This document shows positions 12,448 through 25,299 of a DNA stretch of 64,000 nt, in pieces. The translations under genes and the position numbers were made by a program. The notes under the pieces were generated by a model. It did not search any database, was not told the DNA's origin, and saw nothing but the letters and a program-made list of their open reading frames with translations. How positions within the stretch are numbered: the first letter of the stretch is position 1; each line of letters starts with the position of its first letter. The stretch is from assembly GCF_964213995.1 (NCBI RefSeq), contig NW_027590163.1, positions 248,001-312,000 of the forward strand, read 5' to 3'. The stretch is from Mustelus asterias. Lineage: Eukaryota.

Positions 12448-13369
12448 CCCCAAAGCCTTCAATTTATACACTGTGAAGTCGCCATAGGGACGTTGTGACA
12501 GCAACCTGGTTTGAAGTTATTTTTAAAATACATGAACAAACAGATTACGACATTGAGTTCAATGATGGATAATATTTAATTTTAGGATTGACTGATTTCT
12601 TTCCAAACACTGGATTCTGTTGATCACATTTATAACTAAAAATAACAGGGAAGATGTTGTCCATTCAAACACCATCAGTCCCACCCCTAGATCACAGATA
12701 GTTTCAGTGATATCTGTCGCGAACTGTGACATTTCAGTAATTGAGTTCCAATTGTTACCGTGTCTCTCTGTGTGATCTTTAACTGTGGAGATTATGTGAT
12801 GTGATTTAAATGGGTTAGAGTTTAGCATAAATTACAAATTTCTGTTGAAAAATAATTTGGAACTAATTAATCTGCAAATAAATTTGTTTTTTATCCCGAA
12901 ATCTAATGCAGGTCCTCAAACTGAGAAAATATTCAGAAACAATGGGACATCTCAGAAAATTCAGGCCCTGCAGCAGATACAAACACATCACTTCTTGGAG
13001 CAGTAAAATAACATATTTAACTGTGATGAGCAATGCACAGGCTCCAAATGACACTGGATCCACATCTGATAGAGTGTTCAGAAACATGTTCAGATGTGGA
13101 AGGAGAGAGATGAGCACGAGAGAGAAGGACGTCTTGTGGGATGCGTTGAATCTGGAAAGTGTGCGAGGCTGGGAAAATGAATGGATAAGAGAGAGAGGAA
13201 AATTACTGAGCGACTGAAAGTGAAAAAGAGGAAGAGGGAAGCATAGATGGGCCGGGAGTGAGGGCGTTATGATAGGGGAAGCAGTTATTGTGAGAGGAAT
13301 GGTGTTTATAACAGCACTTAACTTAGAGAGAAGTCTGCTCTGTTGGCTATGAGGAGAGGTTGAATAAAC

Positions 13370-13770
13370 CAGGATTGTTTTCACTGGAAAGACGGAGGCT
13401 GAGGGGAGACCTGACGGAGGTCTACAAAATTGTGAGAGGCACAGATAGGGTGGATAGTCAGAGGCTTTTCTCCAAGGGTGGAAGGCTCAATTACAAGGAG
13501 GCACAGGTTCAAGCTGGCAGGAGGAAATATTAAGGGAGATGTGCGGGGAATGTTTTTCACAGAGAGTGGTGCGTGCCTGGAATGCGCTGCCAGGGGAGGT
13601 GGTGGAAGCAGGCACATTAGCAACATTTAAGAGGCATCTAGATTGATATATTAATAGGAGGTAAGAGGCATACGGACCGAGTAAGCGCAGAAAGTTTTAT
13701 TTTAAAATAGGGCATCATGATCAGCACTTGATTTGCCTGACCTGAAATAGATACTCTGTTCTGCAATTTG
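13370..13770 (+). mobile_element. CR1 3' fragment
   Basis: LFSLERRRLRGDL / WNALP coding DNA and a CR1-type 3' UTR. Confidence 0.8.
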
Positions 13771-14412
13771 TTAAACCAAGTGTATTCGTGAGGAAGAGAC
13801 TTAGTCCTGAATTCAATCTTTATATTTTTCATATTAGCCTCGGATCAGAAACATTGAAGGAAATCTTAAAGTGTTTGAGACAGTTTGTGTAGCACTTTTG
13901 CTGTGTTGTCCTTTTTCGATGTTGTAATGTGGAGGTTACAAGGACTAAGCAGCGAGAGTGAGGTGAGTGGTGCATTTGTTTGTCTGTGGATATTGAGAAT
14001 GAATTCGGTGATGTACCTGGAGGGTAATGGCAGTAGGACTGAGGTCAAGTATCTACGTGGATATATATTGATAATGAAAGGAATTTAGTGCTGTATTTGT
14101 GTAGGTAGTGACAAGAAGATTGGTGTTGAGGTTGGGGGGCTGGGAGAGAGGGGTTGTGTTGAATGAGCGATTGCATACAGCATGCACCTCACTCTATGCT
14201 GTGGTTATACATCTCTCTCAGGTCAGATACAGCACCAATTCTGCCCCTGCACTCATCCGTCAAGCATTCGCTTGGAAGTACAGTCGTGGGGGGGGGGGGG
14301 GGGGCGGGGGGAGTTAGGGGGGGAGGGAGAGAGGCGGGAGAGAGGTGGGGATGGGGGGGGAAGGGAGAGAGGGGGGAGGGAGTTGGGGATGGGGGGAGGG
14401 GGGAAGGTTGTT

Positions 14413-15825
14413 TGTTGAGGTGAGAGGGGAAGGGAGTGCTGAGGTGAGAGGGAAAGGGCGTGTTGAGGTGAAAGGGAAAGGGGGTGTTGAGGTGTGAGGG
14501 TAGGTTGGGTGTTGAGGTGAGAGGGAAAGGGGGTGTTGTGTTGAGAGGGAAAGGGGAGTGTTGAGTTGCGAGGGAAAGGGGAGTGTTTAGGTGAGAGGGA
14601 AAGTTGGGTGTTGAAGTGAGAGGAAAAGGGGGATGTCGAGGTGAAAGGGAAAGGGGGGTGTTGAGGTGAGAGGGAAAGCGGATGTTGAGGTGAGGGAAAG
14701 GGGGATGTTGAGATGAGAGGGAAAGGGAGATGTTGAGGTGACAGGGAAAGGGGGTGTTGAGGTGAGAGGGAAAGGGGGTGTTGAGGTGAGAGGGAAAGGG
14801 GGATGTCGAGGTGAGAGGGAAAGGGGGATGTCGATGTGAGAGGGAAAGGGGGATGTCGAGGTGAGAGGGAAAGGGGAATGTTGAGGTGAGAGGGAAAGGG
14901 GAATAGTGAGCTGAGAGGGAAAGGGAGATGTTGAGGTAAGAGGGAAAGCGGGATGTTGAGGTGAGAGGGAAAGGGTATGTTGAGGTGTGCGGGAAAAGGA
15001 GATGCTGAAGTGAGAGGGAAAGGAGGGTGTGGAGGTGAGGGAAAGGGGATGTTGAGGTGAGAGGGAAAGGGGAGTGTTGAGTTGAGAGGGAAAGGGGAAT
15101 GTTGAGGTGAGATGAAAAGGGAGTGTTGAGGTGAGCGGGAAAGGGGATGTTGAGGTGAGAGGGAAAGGGAAATGTTGAGGTGAGATGAAAAGGGAGTGTT
15201 GAGGTGAGAGGAAAGGGGATGTTGAGGTGAGGGAAAGGGGGATGTTCAGTTGAGAGGGAAAGTGAGATGCTGAGCTGAGAGGGAAAGGGGGGTGTTGAGG
15301 TGAGAGGGAAAGGGGGATGTTGAGGTGAGAGGGAAAGGGAGATGATGAGGTGAGAGGGAAAGGGGGATGTTGAGGTGAGAGGGAAAGGGGATGTTGAGGT
15401 GAGGGAAAGGGGGATGTTCAGGTGAGAGGGAAAGTGAGATGCTGAGGTGAGAGGGAAAGGGGGGTGTTGAGGTGAGAGGGAAAGGGGGATGTTGAGGTGA
15501 GAGGGAAAGGGAGATGATGAGGTGAGAGGGAAAGGAGGGTGTGGAGGTGAGAGGGAAAGGGGGATGTTGAGGTGAGAGGGAAAGGGGGATGTTGAGGTGA
15601 GAGGGAAAGGGGGATGTTCAGGTGAGAGGGAAAGGGGGTTTTTGAGGTTTGCGGGAAAGGAGAGGGGGTTGTTGAGGTGAGCGGGAAAGGGGGGTGTGTT
15701 GAGGTGAGAGGGAAAGGTGGTGTTGAGGTGAGAGGGAAAGGGGGATGTTGAGATGAGCGGGAATGGGAGATGCTGAGGTGAGAGAAAAAGGGGGATGCGG
15801 AGGTGAGAAGAGAGAGTGTTGAGGT
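14413..15825. repeat. Purine-rich minisatellite, unit about 24-25 bp (TGTTGAGGTGAGAGGGAAAGGGGGA), more than 50 copies
   Basis: Directly visible tandem array preceded by a poly-G tract at about 14288-14403. Confidence 0.95.
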
Positions 15826-16412
15826 AACTCCAATTTCAAGGAGCTATGAACCTGTACCCCTAGATCTCTTTCTTCCATAACTCTCCCCAACAACCTAACA
15901 TTAATTAAGTCCTGTCCTGGTTCGATATATCATAGTGCATCACCTCGCATTTATCTAAATTAAACTCCATCGGCTAATCGTCAGCCCACTCGGCCAACTG
16001 ATCAAGATTCCGTTGCATTCCGAGATAACCCTCTTCACTGTCCACTGTGTCACCAATCTTGGTGTCATCAGCAAATTTACTCACCATGCTGCCTAAATCT
16101 GCAGCCAAATCATCAAAATAAATGACACATAACAGTGGACCCAATAATGCTGTCTGAGGCCCACCGCTGGTCACAGGCCTCTAGTGTGAAAAACAACCCT
16201 TTACAACCATCCCCTGTCTTCTCTCATCAAGTCAGTTTTGTAGCAATTTGGCGACCTCACCCTGTGTCCCGTGCGAGTTACCCTTCTTGAAAAGCTACCA
16301 TGTGGCACCTTGTCAAAGGCCTAGTTAACGTCAATGTAGACAACGTCATCTGAACTGCCCCCTTCTACCTTCTTGGTTACTCTTCAAAAACATCAATCAG
16401 ATTTGTGACACA
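15826..16412 (-). mobile_element. CR1 RT fragment
   Basis: ORF 15974-16174 LGPLL...SKFADDTK. Confidence 0.85.
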
Positions 16413-16712
16413 TGATTGCTTTCCTTTTCCCGTTTTCTATCAATTTTACTTCCCTGCCCCACCTCTCCCGCCCCCCCCCCCCCCCCCACACATTTTCATC
16501 TGTCACAATTTACCCTCTGATTTCAGCTTCTCTGCCGTTTGGCCATTCACACCTTCCAATCCCTCTCTGGACTGCCATTAGGAGCCGTTTCACCTGTTTT
16601 TGTGGCTATCACTCACCTTTCATTCCCTCACTCCACATTATCAATATAACTCACAATCTTTGCCTTTTAGCTTTGACAAAGGGTTGTCTGGATTAGAAAC
16701 GTCAGCTCTTTT
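16413..16712 (+). mobile_element. Probable Penelope-like 3' or pseudo-LTR fragment
   Basis: ttgacaaagggttgtctggattagaaacgtcagctc resembles the degenerate hammerhead module also seen at about 46890-47020, 57320-57440 and 58740-58920. Confidence 0.5.
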
Positions 16713-19700
16713 AGAAACATAGAAACATAGAAAAACTACAGCACAAAACAGGCCCTTCGGCCCCACAAGTTGTGCCGCACATATCCCTAACTTTTAGGCC
16801 GACCTGTGACCCTCCATCCTATTAGGTCCCATATACTCATCCAGGAGTCTCTTAAAATGCCCTATTGAGTTTGACTCCACCACCACTGACGGCAGCCGAT
16901 TCCACTCGCCCAACAACCTCTGAGTGAAAGACTTCACCCGAACATCTCCCCTGTACCTACCCCCCCCCCCCCCCACGCCCCGCGCCCCCCAGCACCTTAA
17001 ACCTGTGTCCTCTCGTAGTAGCCATTTCCACCCTGGGAAAGAGCCTCTGAGAGTCCACCCGATCTATGCCTCTCAACATCTTATATACCTCTATTAGGTC
17101 TCCTCTCATCCTACGTCTTTCCAAGGAGAAAAGACCGAGCTCCCTCAGCCTATCCTCATAAGACATGCCACTCAATCCAGGCAACATCCTTGTAAATCTC
17201 CTCTGCACCCTTCAATCTTTTCCACATCCGTCCTGTAATGAGGCGACCAGAACTGAGCACAGTACTCCAAGTGGGGTCTGACGAGGGTCTTATATAGCTG
17301 CATCATTATCCCCGGACTCATAAACTCAATCCCTCGATTAATAAAGGCCAACACGCCATACGCCTTCTTAATCACCTCCTCCACCTGCGGGGCCGATTTC
17401 AGAGTCCTATGGACCCGGACCCCAAGATCCTTCTGATCCTCTACAGTACGAAGAGTCTTTCCCTTTATATTGTACTCCTTCATCCCAAAATGGACCACTT
17501 TGCATTTATCTGGGTTGAGGTCCATCTGCCACTTCTCCGCCCAGTCTTGCATCCTATCTATGTCCCTCTGTAACTTCTGAAATCCCTCCAGACGATCCAC
17601 AACCCCACCAACCTTCGTGTCATCGGCAAACTTACTAAACCATCCCTCCACTTCCTCATCCAGGCCATTTATGAAAATGACAAACAGCAAGGGTCCCAGA
17701 ACAGATCCCTGGGGCACACCACTGGCGACTGACCTCCATTTAGAAAAAGACCCATCTAAACACACTCTCTGCCTCCCTTGGGCAAGCCAGTTCTGGATCC
17801 ACAGGGCAGCAGCCCCTTCGATCCCATGCCCTCTCACTTTTTCTGGAAGCCTTGGATGGGGGACCTTATCGAACTCCTTGCTAAAATCCATATCAACCAC
17901 ATCCACCGCTTTCCCTTCGTCAGTGTGCTTAGTCACATTTTCGATGAACTCCACCAGGCTCGTAAGGCACGATCTGCCTTTGACAAAGCCATGCTGAGTA
18001 TTCTTGAGCATACTAAACCTCTCTAAATGCTGATAAATCTTGTTCCTCAGGATCTTCTCCATCGGCTTACCAACCACTGCGGTTGGACTCACCAGTCGGT
18101 AATTTCCTGGGCTATCCCTATTCCCCTTCTTGAAAGTAGGAACCACACCCGCAATCCTCCGACACCTCTCCCGTCTCCATCGACGACGCAAATATCATCG
18201 CCAGAGGCTCTGCAATCTCTTCCCTCGCCTCACACAATAACCTGGGGTGCATCCCATCCAGACCCGGCGGCTTATCTATCTTGATGCCATTCAAAGATTC
18301 CAGCACAACCTCTTTCTTAAAGTCCACATACTCAATCTTTTCAGTCCACCGCAAGCCCGCACTACATCCACCTAGGTCCTTCTCCTCTGTGAAAACTGAG
18401 GCAAAATACTCATTAAGCACCTCTGCCATTTCTACGGGTTCCGTACAGACTTTCCTGCCTTCACCTTTTATAGGCCCTATTCCTTCACGTCTCATCCTTT
18501 TACTCTTCACATATTTGTAGAACGCCTTAGGGGTTTCCTTAGTCCTCCCTGCCAAGGCCTTCTCGTGACCCCTTCTGGCTCTCCTAATTTCCTTCTTTAG
18601 TCCCTTCCAACAAGCCGTATACTCATCTAGATCCCTATCTTCACCAATCTCACTGAACCTTTTGTTCGCTTTCCTTTTCTTCTCGACTCGGTCCCGCACA
18701 GCTTTCGTGCACCACGGTTCCTTTAACCTACCAAGTCATCCCTGTCTGCTCGAATGTTGTCCTGTAGAACTCTAGACAGACATTCCTTGAAAAACTGCCA
18801 CCTCTCTTCAGTACATTTCCCCGAGAATACCTCCTTCCAATTCACTCCTCTAATTTGCTGCCTTATGTCTTCATATTTCCCCTTACTCCACATAAACGCT
18901 TTCCTAGCTTGCGTTGTCCTCTCTTTTTCCAATGCAAGCATAAAGGAGATAGAGTTATGATCGCTATCCCCAAGATGCTCTCCCACTGAGAGATCTGACA
19001 CCTGTCTAGGTTCATTGGTCAGTATCAGATCAAGTACAGCCTCTCCTCTTGTAGGCTTGTCCACATGCTGTGTCAGGAAACCCTCCTGAACACATCTAAC
19101 GAACTCCTCCCCATCCAATCCCCTTACCCTAGGGATATTCCAATCTATGTTTGGGAAATAAAAGTCTCCCATCACAACAACTCTGCTATTGTTGCAACTC
19201 TCCAGGATCTGTTGCCCTATCTGCTCCTCCACCTCCCTGTTACTATTGGGCGGCCTATAGAAAACTCCCAGCAAAGTGATCGACCCCTTCCCACTCCGAT
19301 CTTCCACCCACAGAAACTCTGTAGGCAATCCCTCCACAGCATACACCTTCTCTGCAGCTGTGACACTATCCCGGATCAGCAGTGCCACTCCACCTCCTCT
19401 CTTGCCTCCCTCCCGGTCCTTCCTGAAACATCTGAATCCCAGCACCTGGTGTATCCAGTCCTGTCCCTGAGACATCCAAGTCTCCGTAATGGCCACCACG
19501 TCACACTTCCAGGCATCGATCCATGCTCTGAGCTCGTCCCCTTTATTCACTATACTCCTGGCATTAAAGTAAACAGATCTCAATCCTTTGGTCTGAGCTC
19601 TCCCCTTCTCTTTCCCCTGTCTATCCTCCCTCTTGCACTGCCTGTAACCCTTCTCTGTTTGCGAGCTAACTTCCTCGCTCCCAGTCACCTCGTCTCGATC

Positions 19701-20030
19701 CCTTCCCCCCAACCTATCTAGTTTAAACTCTCCCCAGTAGCCTTAACCAACCTTGCCGCCAGGATATTGGTTCCCCTGGGATTCAGGTGCCACCCGTGTT
19801 TTGTGTACAGGTCACACCTGCCCCTGAAGAGGTCCCAATGGTCCAGGAACCTGAATCCCTGCCCCCTACACCAGTCCTTCAGCCGCACTTTCATCCTCCA
19901 CCTCACTCCATTCCTGCCCTCACTTTCCCGTGGCACAGGCAGCAATCCTGAGATTACTACCGTTGCTTTCCTCCTCCTCAGCTGTCTCTCTAATTCCCTA
20001 CACTCTCTTTTCATGACCCCTTCCCCCTTA
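16713..20030 (-). mobile_element. CR1 LINE (end of ORF1 plus whole ORF2, frameshifted); same subfamily as 59727-62578
   Basis: (ATAGAAAC)n tail; ORFs 18723-19712 (APE), 18118-18699, 17172-18191 (RT) and 19718-20014 (esterase GWHLN). Confidence 0.95.
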
Positions 20031-20390
20031 TTAGAACAGGTTTAGACAGGGGAGATTCAGAAATAATGCTCCCGATGCTCAGAAAGTTGAGGAGTAGGGT
20101 TTATGGTTTGAGGATAAGCATCAAACTTTTAGAACAGAGATTAGGAGAAATTTCTCCTCCCAGATAATCTTTGGACTTCACGACCACAGAAAGTAGTTGA
20201 GGCCAAAACCTTGAGTGATTTTAGGAAGAAATGAGATATAGCTCTTGGGACTAAAGTGATGACGGGATATGGGAGGAAGGGATGATCAGGATACTGAAGT
20301 TGATGATCAGCTATGATCAAACTGAAGGGTGCAGCAGATTCGAAGGGCTGAATGGCCTACTCCTGTTTTTACCATATATCAATGTTTCTA
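20031..20390 (+). mobile_element. CR1 3' fragment
   Basis: FRTEIRRNF-like coding DNA and the gggctgaatggcctactcctg 3' UTR motif. Confidence 0.7.
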
Positions 20391-20399
20391 TCATTGTGA

Positions 20400-20566
20400 A
20401 GCTGAGGTGAGTCTGTACAAGGTCTGAGTCCGAACCTTGTGTAACTCTGAGCCTCGTCTGATTCCGAACTTTGTGTGAATCTGAACCGCGTCTCTGTCTG
20501 AACCTGAGTTGGTTTGAACCTGGTGCTGGCCCGAGCCTGGTGCGGGACTGAACCTGGTGTGGGCCC
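20400..20566. repeat. Degenerate short tandem repeat (ctgaacc / ccgagcc units)
   Basis: Recurring gtctgaacc, ccgaacc and ctgagcc words. Confidence 0.55.
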
Positions 20567-20567
20567 T

Positions 20568-22440
20568 CACGGCTTGAATGCCAGTATTCCATTTGCCTTT
20601 CTAACTGCCGATTGAACCTTCAGGTTAACCTTTAGAGGATCTTGAACAAGGACTCCCAAATTCCTTTGTACATCTGATTTTCTAAGTCTTTCCCCAATTA
20701 GAAAATAGTCTATGCCTCCATTCCTCCTTCCAAAGTGCATAATCTCGCCCTTTACTTCATTGTATTCCATCTGCCCCTTCTTTGCCCACTCTCTAACCTG
20801 TCCAAGTCCTTCTGCAGCCCTCCCACCCTCCGACTTCCTGAGTACTTCCTGTCCATCTACATGTCTTTGTATCATCTGCAAACTTAGCAACAGTGCCTTC
20901 ATTTCGTTCTGCCAAATCATTAATGTATTTTTTTTGTGAAAAGTTGTGTTCCCAGCTCCAACCCCTGAGGCACACCACTAGTCACTCTCTGTCTTCTGCC
21001 AGTCAGCCAATTCTCTATCCATGCCAGGATCTTGACCTCAACACCATTGGCACTGAACTGATATAACAGTCTCCTCTGCAGTGCCTTATCAATGGCCTCC
21101 TGGTAATCGAAATAAATCAGGTCCACTGATTCTCCCTTTCTAACTTCCTTATATTACCTCCCCAAAGAACTCTAAGAGATTTGTCAGACATGAGCTCCCC
21201 TTGATAAAGCCGTGCTGACTCAGTCCTATTTCATCATGCACTTCTGCGATCTCATCTTTAATAATGAACTGTAAAATCTTGCCAATGACCGAAGTCAGGT
21301 GAACTGGCCGATCATTTCCCGTCTGCTGCCTCCCTCCCTTCTTAAATAGCGGTGTTACAGCAGCTACTTTCCGGTCCTCTGGTAACGTCCCTGCCTCCAG
21401 TGTTTCCTGAAAGATCACCACCAATGCCTCTACAATTTCCTCAGCTATCTCTATTCGAACCCTGGGTTGTAGTCCATTTGGTCCAGGTGATTTATCCACC
21501 TTCAGACCTTTCAGTTTCCCCAGAACCTTCTCCTTAGTGATGGCCCCTGCACTCACCTGTTCCCTCTGACTCTCCTGGAGCTCTGGCATCCCACTGGTGA
21601 ATTCAACCGTGAAGATTGATGCAAAGTAACATTCTGTTCCTCTGCCAATTCTTAGTTTCCTATTATTCCTTCTCCAGCCTCATTTTCCTGTGGTCCAATG
21701 GCTATTTTTGCCTCCCTCTTATCTTTTATAATTGAAAAACAATCTTCATATCTTCTTTCATATTACGAGCTAGCTTACACTCATATTTCATCTTCTTCCC
21801 CCTTATTGCTTTTTTAGTTGTCCTCTACTCGCTTTTAAAGGCTTCTCAATCCTCTGCCTTCTCACTCATCCTTGCACTTTGTATGTATTTTTCTTTTGCG
21901 TTTATGCTTTCCTTGACTTCCATCATCAGCCATGGAGACCTCATCCTCCCTGTGGCATGTTTCCTCCACCTTGGGATGAATTTCTGTTTTCCCTCCCGAA
22001 TAACTCTCAGAAACTCCTGCCATGCTGTTCCACTGTCTTACCTGCGAGGCTCCCTTCCCAATCAACTCTTGCCTGCTCCTCCCTCATGTCCTTGTACTTA
22101 CCTTTATTTAATTCGAACATCATTACATCTGATTCCAGCTTCTTCCTCTCAAACTGCAGGTTAAATTCTATAATTTGTGGTCACTGCTCCTTCACCTTAA
22201 ACTCACTCATCAATTCTCCCTCATTTCACATCACCAAATGCAGAATTTCTTGTTCCCTCGTCGGCTCTGTCACAAGCTGCTTCAAAAAAACATCTCTTAG
22301 ATATTGCACAAATTCCTTTTCTTGGGATCCACCACCTACCTGATTTTCCCAGTCCACCTGCATATTGAAGCCCCCCCATGATCATTGTAACATTGCCGTT
22401 TGTATAGGCTTTTTCTATGTCCTGATTTTGTTTCTGCCTC
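20568..22440 (-). mobile_element. Degraded CR1 ORF2
   Basis: KSPGPNGLQPR, PLFKKG, QHGFIKG, KFADDTK. Confidence 0.88.
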
Positions 22441-23626
22441 TCATTCTCTCACTATCCTCATCACTACACTCAGTCTGTGTTTTGCCCTTTCGTCCGCCAA
22501 TTGTGAACGACGTTTACATTTGAAGGCCAGTTTCCGATGTTCAAAGTCTCTCTATTTTTATTGTTCCCTTTCCCTTGCCTCCTTTTTTCTCGTACCTGTA
22601 TTTCAAAGAGTTTAAATTATTTTTCATATTTCAGTCAGTTTCATTTATAACTGAATTCTCGCCATTTCCAACGATTCTCATTGTGCTTCTGACAATTCCA
22701 AATGATGTGCTATCGCCACAATTATCTCCCCTTTCCGTACTCTGTCAGGCAATGTCAACGGCAATGTGTTTCCCAATTCCAAAAGCTTTGCTTTTGTCAC
22801 TTTCTGAAAGGTAACTTGCGTGACTTCCTCCACCCACAGAAACTTCTGAGCCTCTGAAAGAGCCATTATTCCAAACCACACTCCCCATTTAAACTTGAAT
22901 ACAACACCTGAAAAGAAGACATAAATCTGCGCACCACTCACTGTCTTTGAGTTCACTAATCCCAAATCAATCAAGAAATACAGATTTCAATCCCAGAGCC
23001 CCCAATTGTTATAATTCAGTTTGGATGCTTCCAGCTGTTCCATGAAGCTTGACTGACCTGCAATCCTTTACCTTGAATTTGGCGAGAAGGAGCACGAGAG
23101 GTTTCACTTCAGGTGTGAGTGAACTGACCTACGAGGAAATTTTATTCAAAACAAAGTTTAATTAAGAATATTGTTGACATGTATAGTAAGACAATTAGCA
23201 AGAACTTTCAACAATTACATGCACGAAACACAATAATGTACAATTCTGAATGAATTACCTCTAGTGTGTTCCAACCAAAGCCAACATCCAATCCACAAAA
23301 CCCTCCAAATCACCAAAATACAGCGGCGGTTAATGCCTACTCATTACACGTGTCCAGCCTCCTGCATTGAATGCTCAATCACTTGAGAAGAAATTCAGAA
23401 GAGGTTCGAATTGTATCTATTTCGCCAAACACAGCTTTTTAAAAAGAGAAGGACAGGGAGAGAGAGAGCGAATCTGCTTCTTAGCTTCCTGCTGAACTGC
23501 TTCCCAAACCTAAACTAAAAGACCAAAAGGGGAAAAAAATGAGCACCTGACTGGCGCAGCTTATCTACACCAACATGTAAGCTGCATGATTCAAAAAAAC
23601 ATTATTAAAGGTGCATTCACATGACA
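22441..23626 (-). mobile_element. Gypsy (probably Gmr1-like) LTR retrotransposon 5' stub: 620-bp LTR (23007-23626), tRNA-Pro PBS, gag N-terminus
   Basis: On the minus strand the LTR begins TGTCATG and ends TAACA; TGGGGGCTC-TGGGA (Pro PBS with deletion) follows; gag MALSEAQKFL...TKAKLLELG...RKGEII starts at 22866 and is cut by a CR1. Confidence 0.75.
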
Positions 23627-23629
23627 TCA

Positions 23630-24900
23630 TTTACACTCACGCTCTCAATCAACACTCCCCATTACCACAACACTCTCCCTCTCACATTCACACGTCATTT
23701 CAATACACACTCTGATCTCAAAACTCTCCCGCGAACCTCAATAATCCCCTTCTCCTCTCTACACAACTCCTATCACACAGACATGACACCCTTTCTCCTC
23801 AACACTCTGTGTCTCACCTCAACACTATCTGTCTCGCATCTAAATTGCCCCCCTCGCATCCCAATTCACCGCCTGCGATCCACACCTCCCTTATCTCAAA
23901 ACCCACCCCTCCTGATTTCAGCGAACACTCCTATCTAAACACTCCCCCTCTCAGGTCCAAACATTACCTCTCATGACAAAACATCGCCATCTCATCTCAG
24001 CAATCCCCTCTCGGCACAACACACTTTCTCTTATCTCAATACACCCCTGTCACCTCCGCAGTCCCGACGCAACTCAACACTCCTCCTGTCACCCCATACA
24101 ATCTTTCTCTTTCACCACAAAATTACCCTCCCACCATAAAGTCCAGATATCACCTCGACACTACCCATCTCACGTCAAAACGCTGCTGCTGCATCCACAC
24201 TTCCCAGTCCTCTGCTCCCGCAGGCCCCCCCCCCCCCGCAGTCCCCCGCACACGCACCCGTTCACCCCCCCACACGCACACCGCCCCCCCCCCGCAGTCG
24301 TACTCCCCCCCCACCTCGCACCCGCACTCCCCCTCACACTCCCCCACTGTCACACATGCACATCCCCCCCGCACCCGCACTCCGTCCCCACCTCGCACGC
24401 GCACTCACCCCCGCACTCCCCCACTCTCGCACCCGTACACCCCCCCCAAATGCGCACTGCCCCCCCGCACTCAGAGTCCCCCCGCCCCTGCACTCACTCC
24501 CCCACCTCGCACCTGCACTCTCCCCGTGCACTCCTGCACACCTCGCACCCGCATTCACCCCCGCACTCCCCCACTCTTGCATGCGTACAGCCCCCCGCAC
24601 GTTCACGCCCCCCGCACTCCCCCACTCACGCACCCATACACCTCCCCCAAACCGACACTCACCCCCCCTACCCGCAGTCCCCATCCGCACCTGCACTCCC
24701 CTCCACCTCGCATGCAAACTCCCCCATCCCGCATTGCCCCAGCTGGACCTACGCTCCCCCCTCCCGCAGCCACACTGCCCCCTCCCACACGCGCATTCCC
24801 CCCGCACCTGTACTCCCCCTAACCCGTACTTCCCCCTCACCTCGCATTCGCACTCCCGCTCACACCTCCTCACTCCCCGTCCGACTTCAAAATTCCCCAT
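23630..24900. repeat. C-rich low-complexity tandem repeats (degenerate ctcaacac units, then CCCCCGCACTC-type units)
   Basis: Visible tandem C/A-rich words; the long His/Pro-rich ORFs here are compositional artefacts. Confidence 0.85.
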
Positions 24901-25299
24901 CTCAACTTTACATTTCCCCCCTCACTTCTCCTGACTCTCCTGAACTCAACATTTCAGTTTGTAATGCAGTCAGCAGCGTGTATCTGTAATGAAATGTCTG
25001 AATTTGAGATGCCCTCCGATTCCATCAGGGAGTTCAAGAGAAATTTGATTGTGAAAATGAAAGCAAATATTTCCAATATTTACAAATATTTGCGGGGTGT
25101 GGCCAAATGGGCCACCTAAAACGGCGATTTGTAAAGCACTCTGGGACAATTCGGGAAGAACTAAAACGATAGGCTGCAGTCTAAAATACAGAGACAAACA
25201 GGCTGCAACCAAGACGTGTGAATACACAGGATATGGTTCATCTCCAAGAGAAAAGAAATTTCCTGGTCGAACTGGGTTGTTTACCAGACATAAGGGCGC

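Noticed and set aside
14413-15825. CRISPR-like array or Ig switch region
   Set aside because: No unique spacers and the DNA is eukaryotic; not AGCT-rich and not adjacent to C exons.
23973-24989. 338-aa His/Pro-rich ORF and overlapping ORFs
   Set aside because: Product of stop-poor C-rich tandem repeats; no domain signal.
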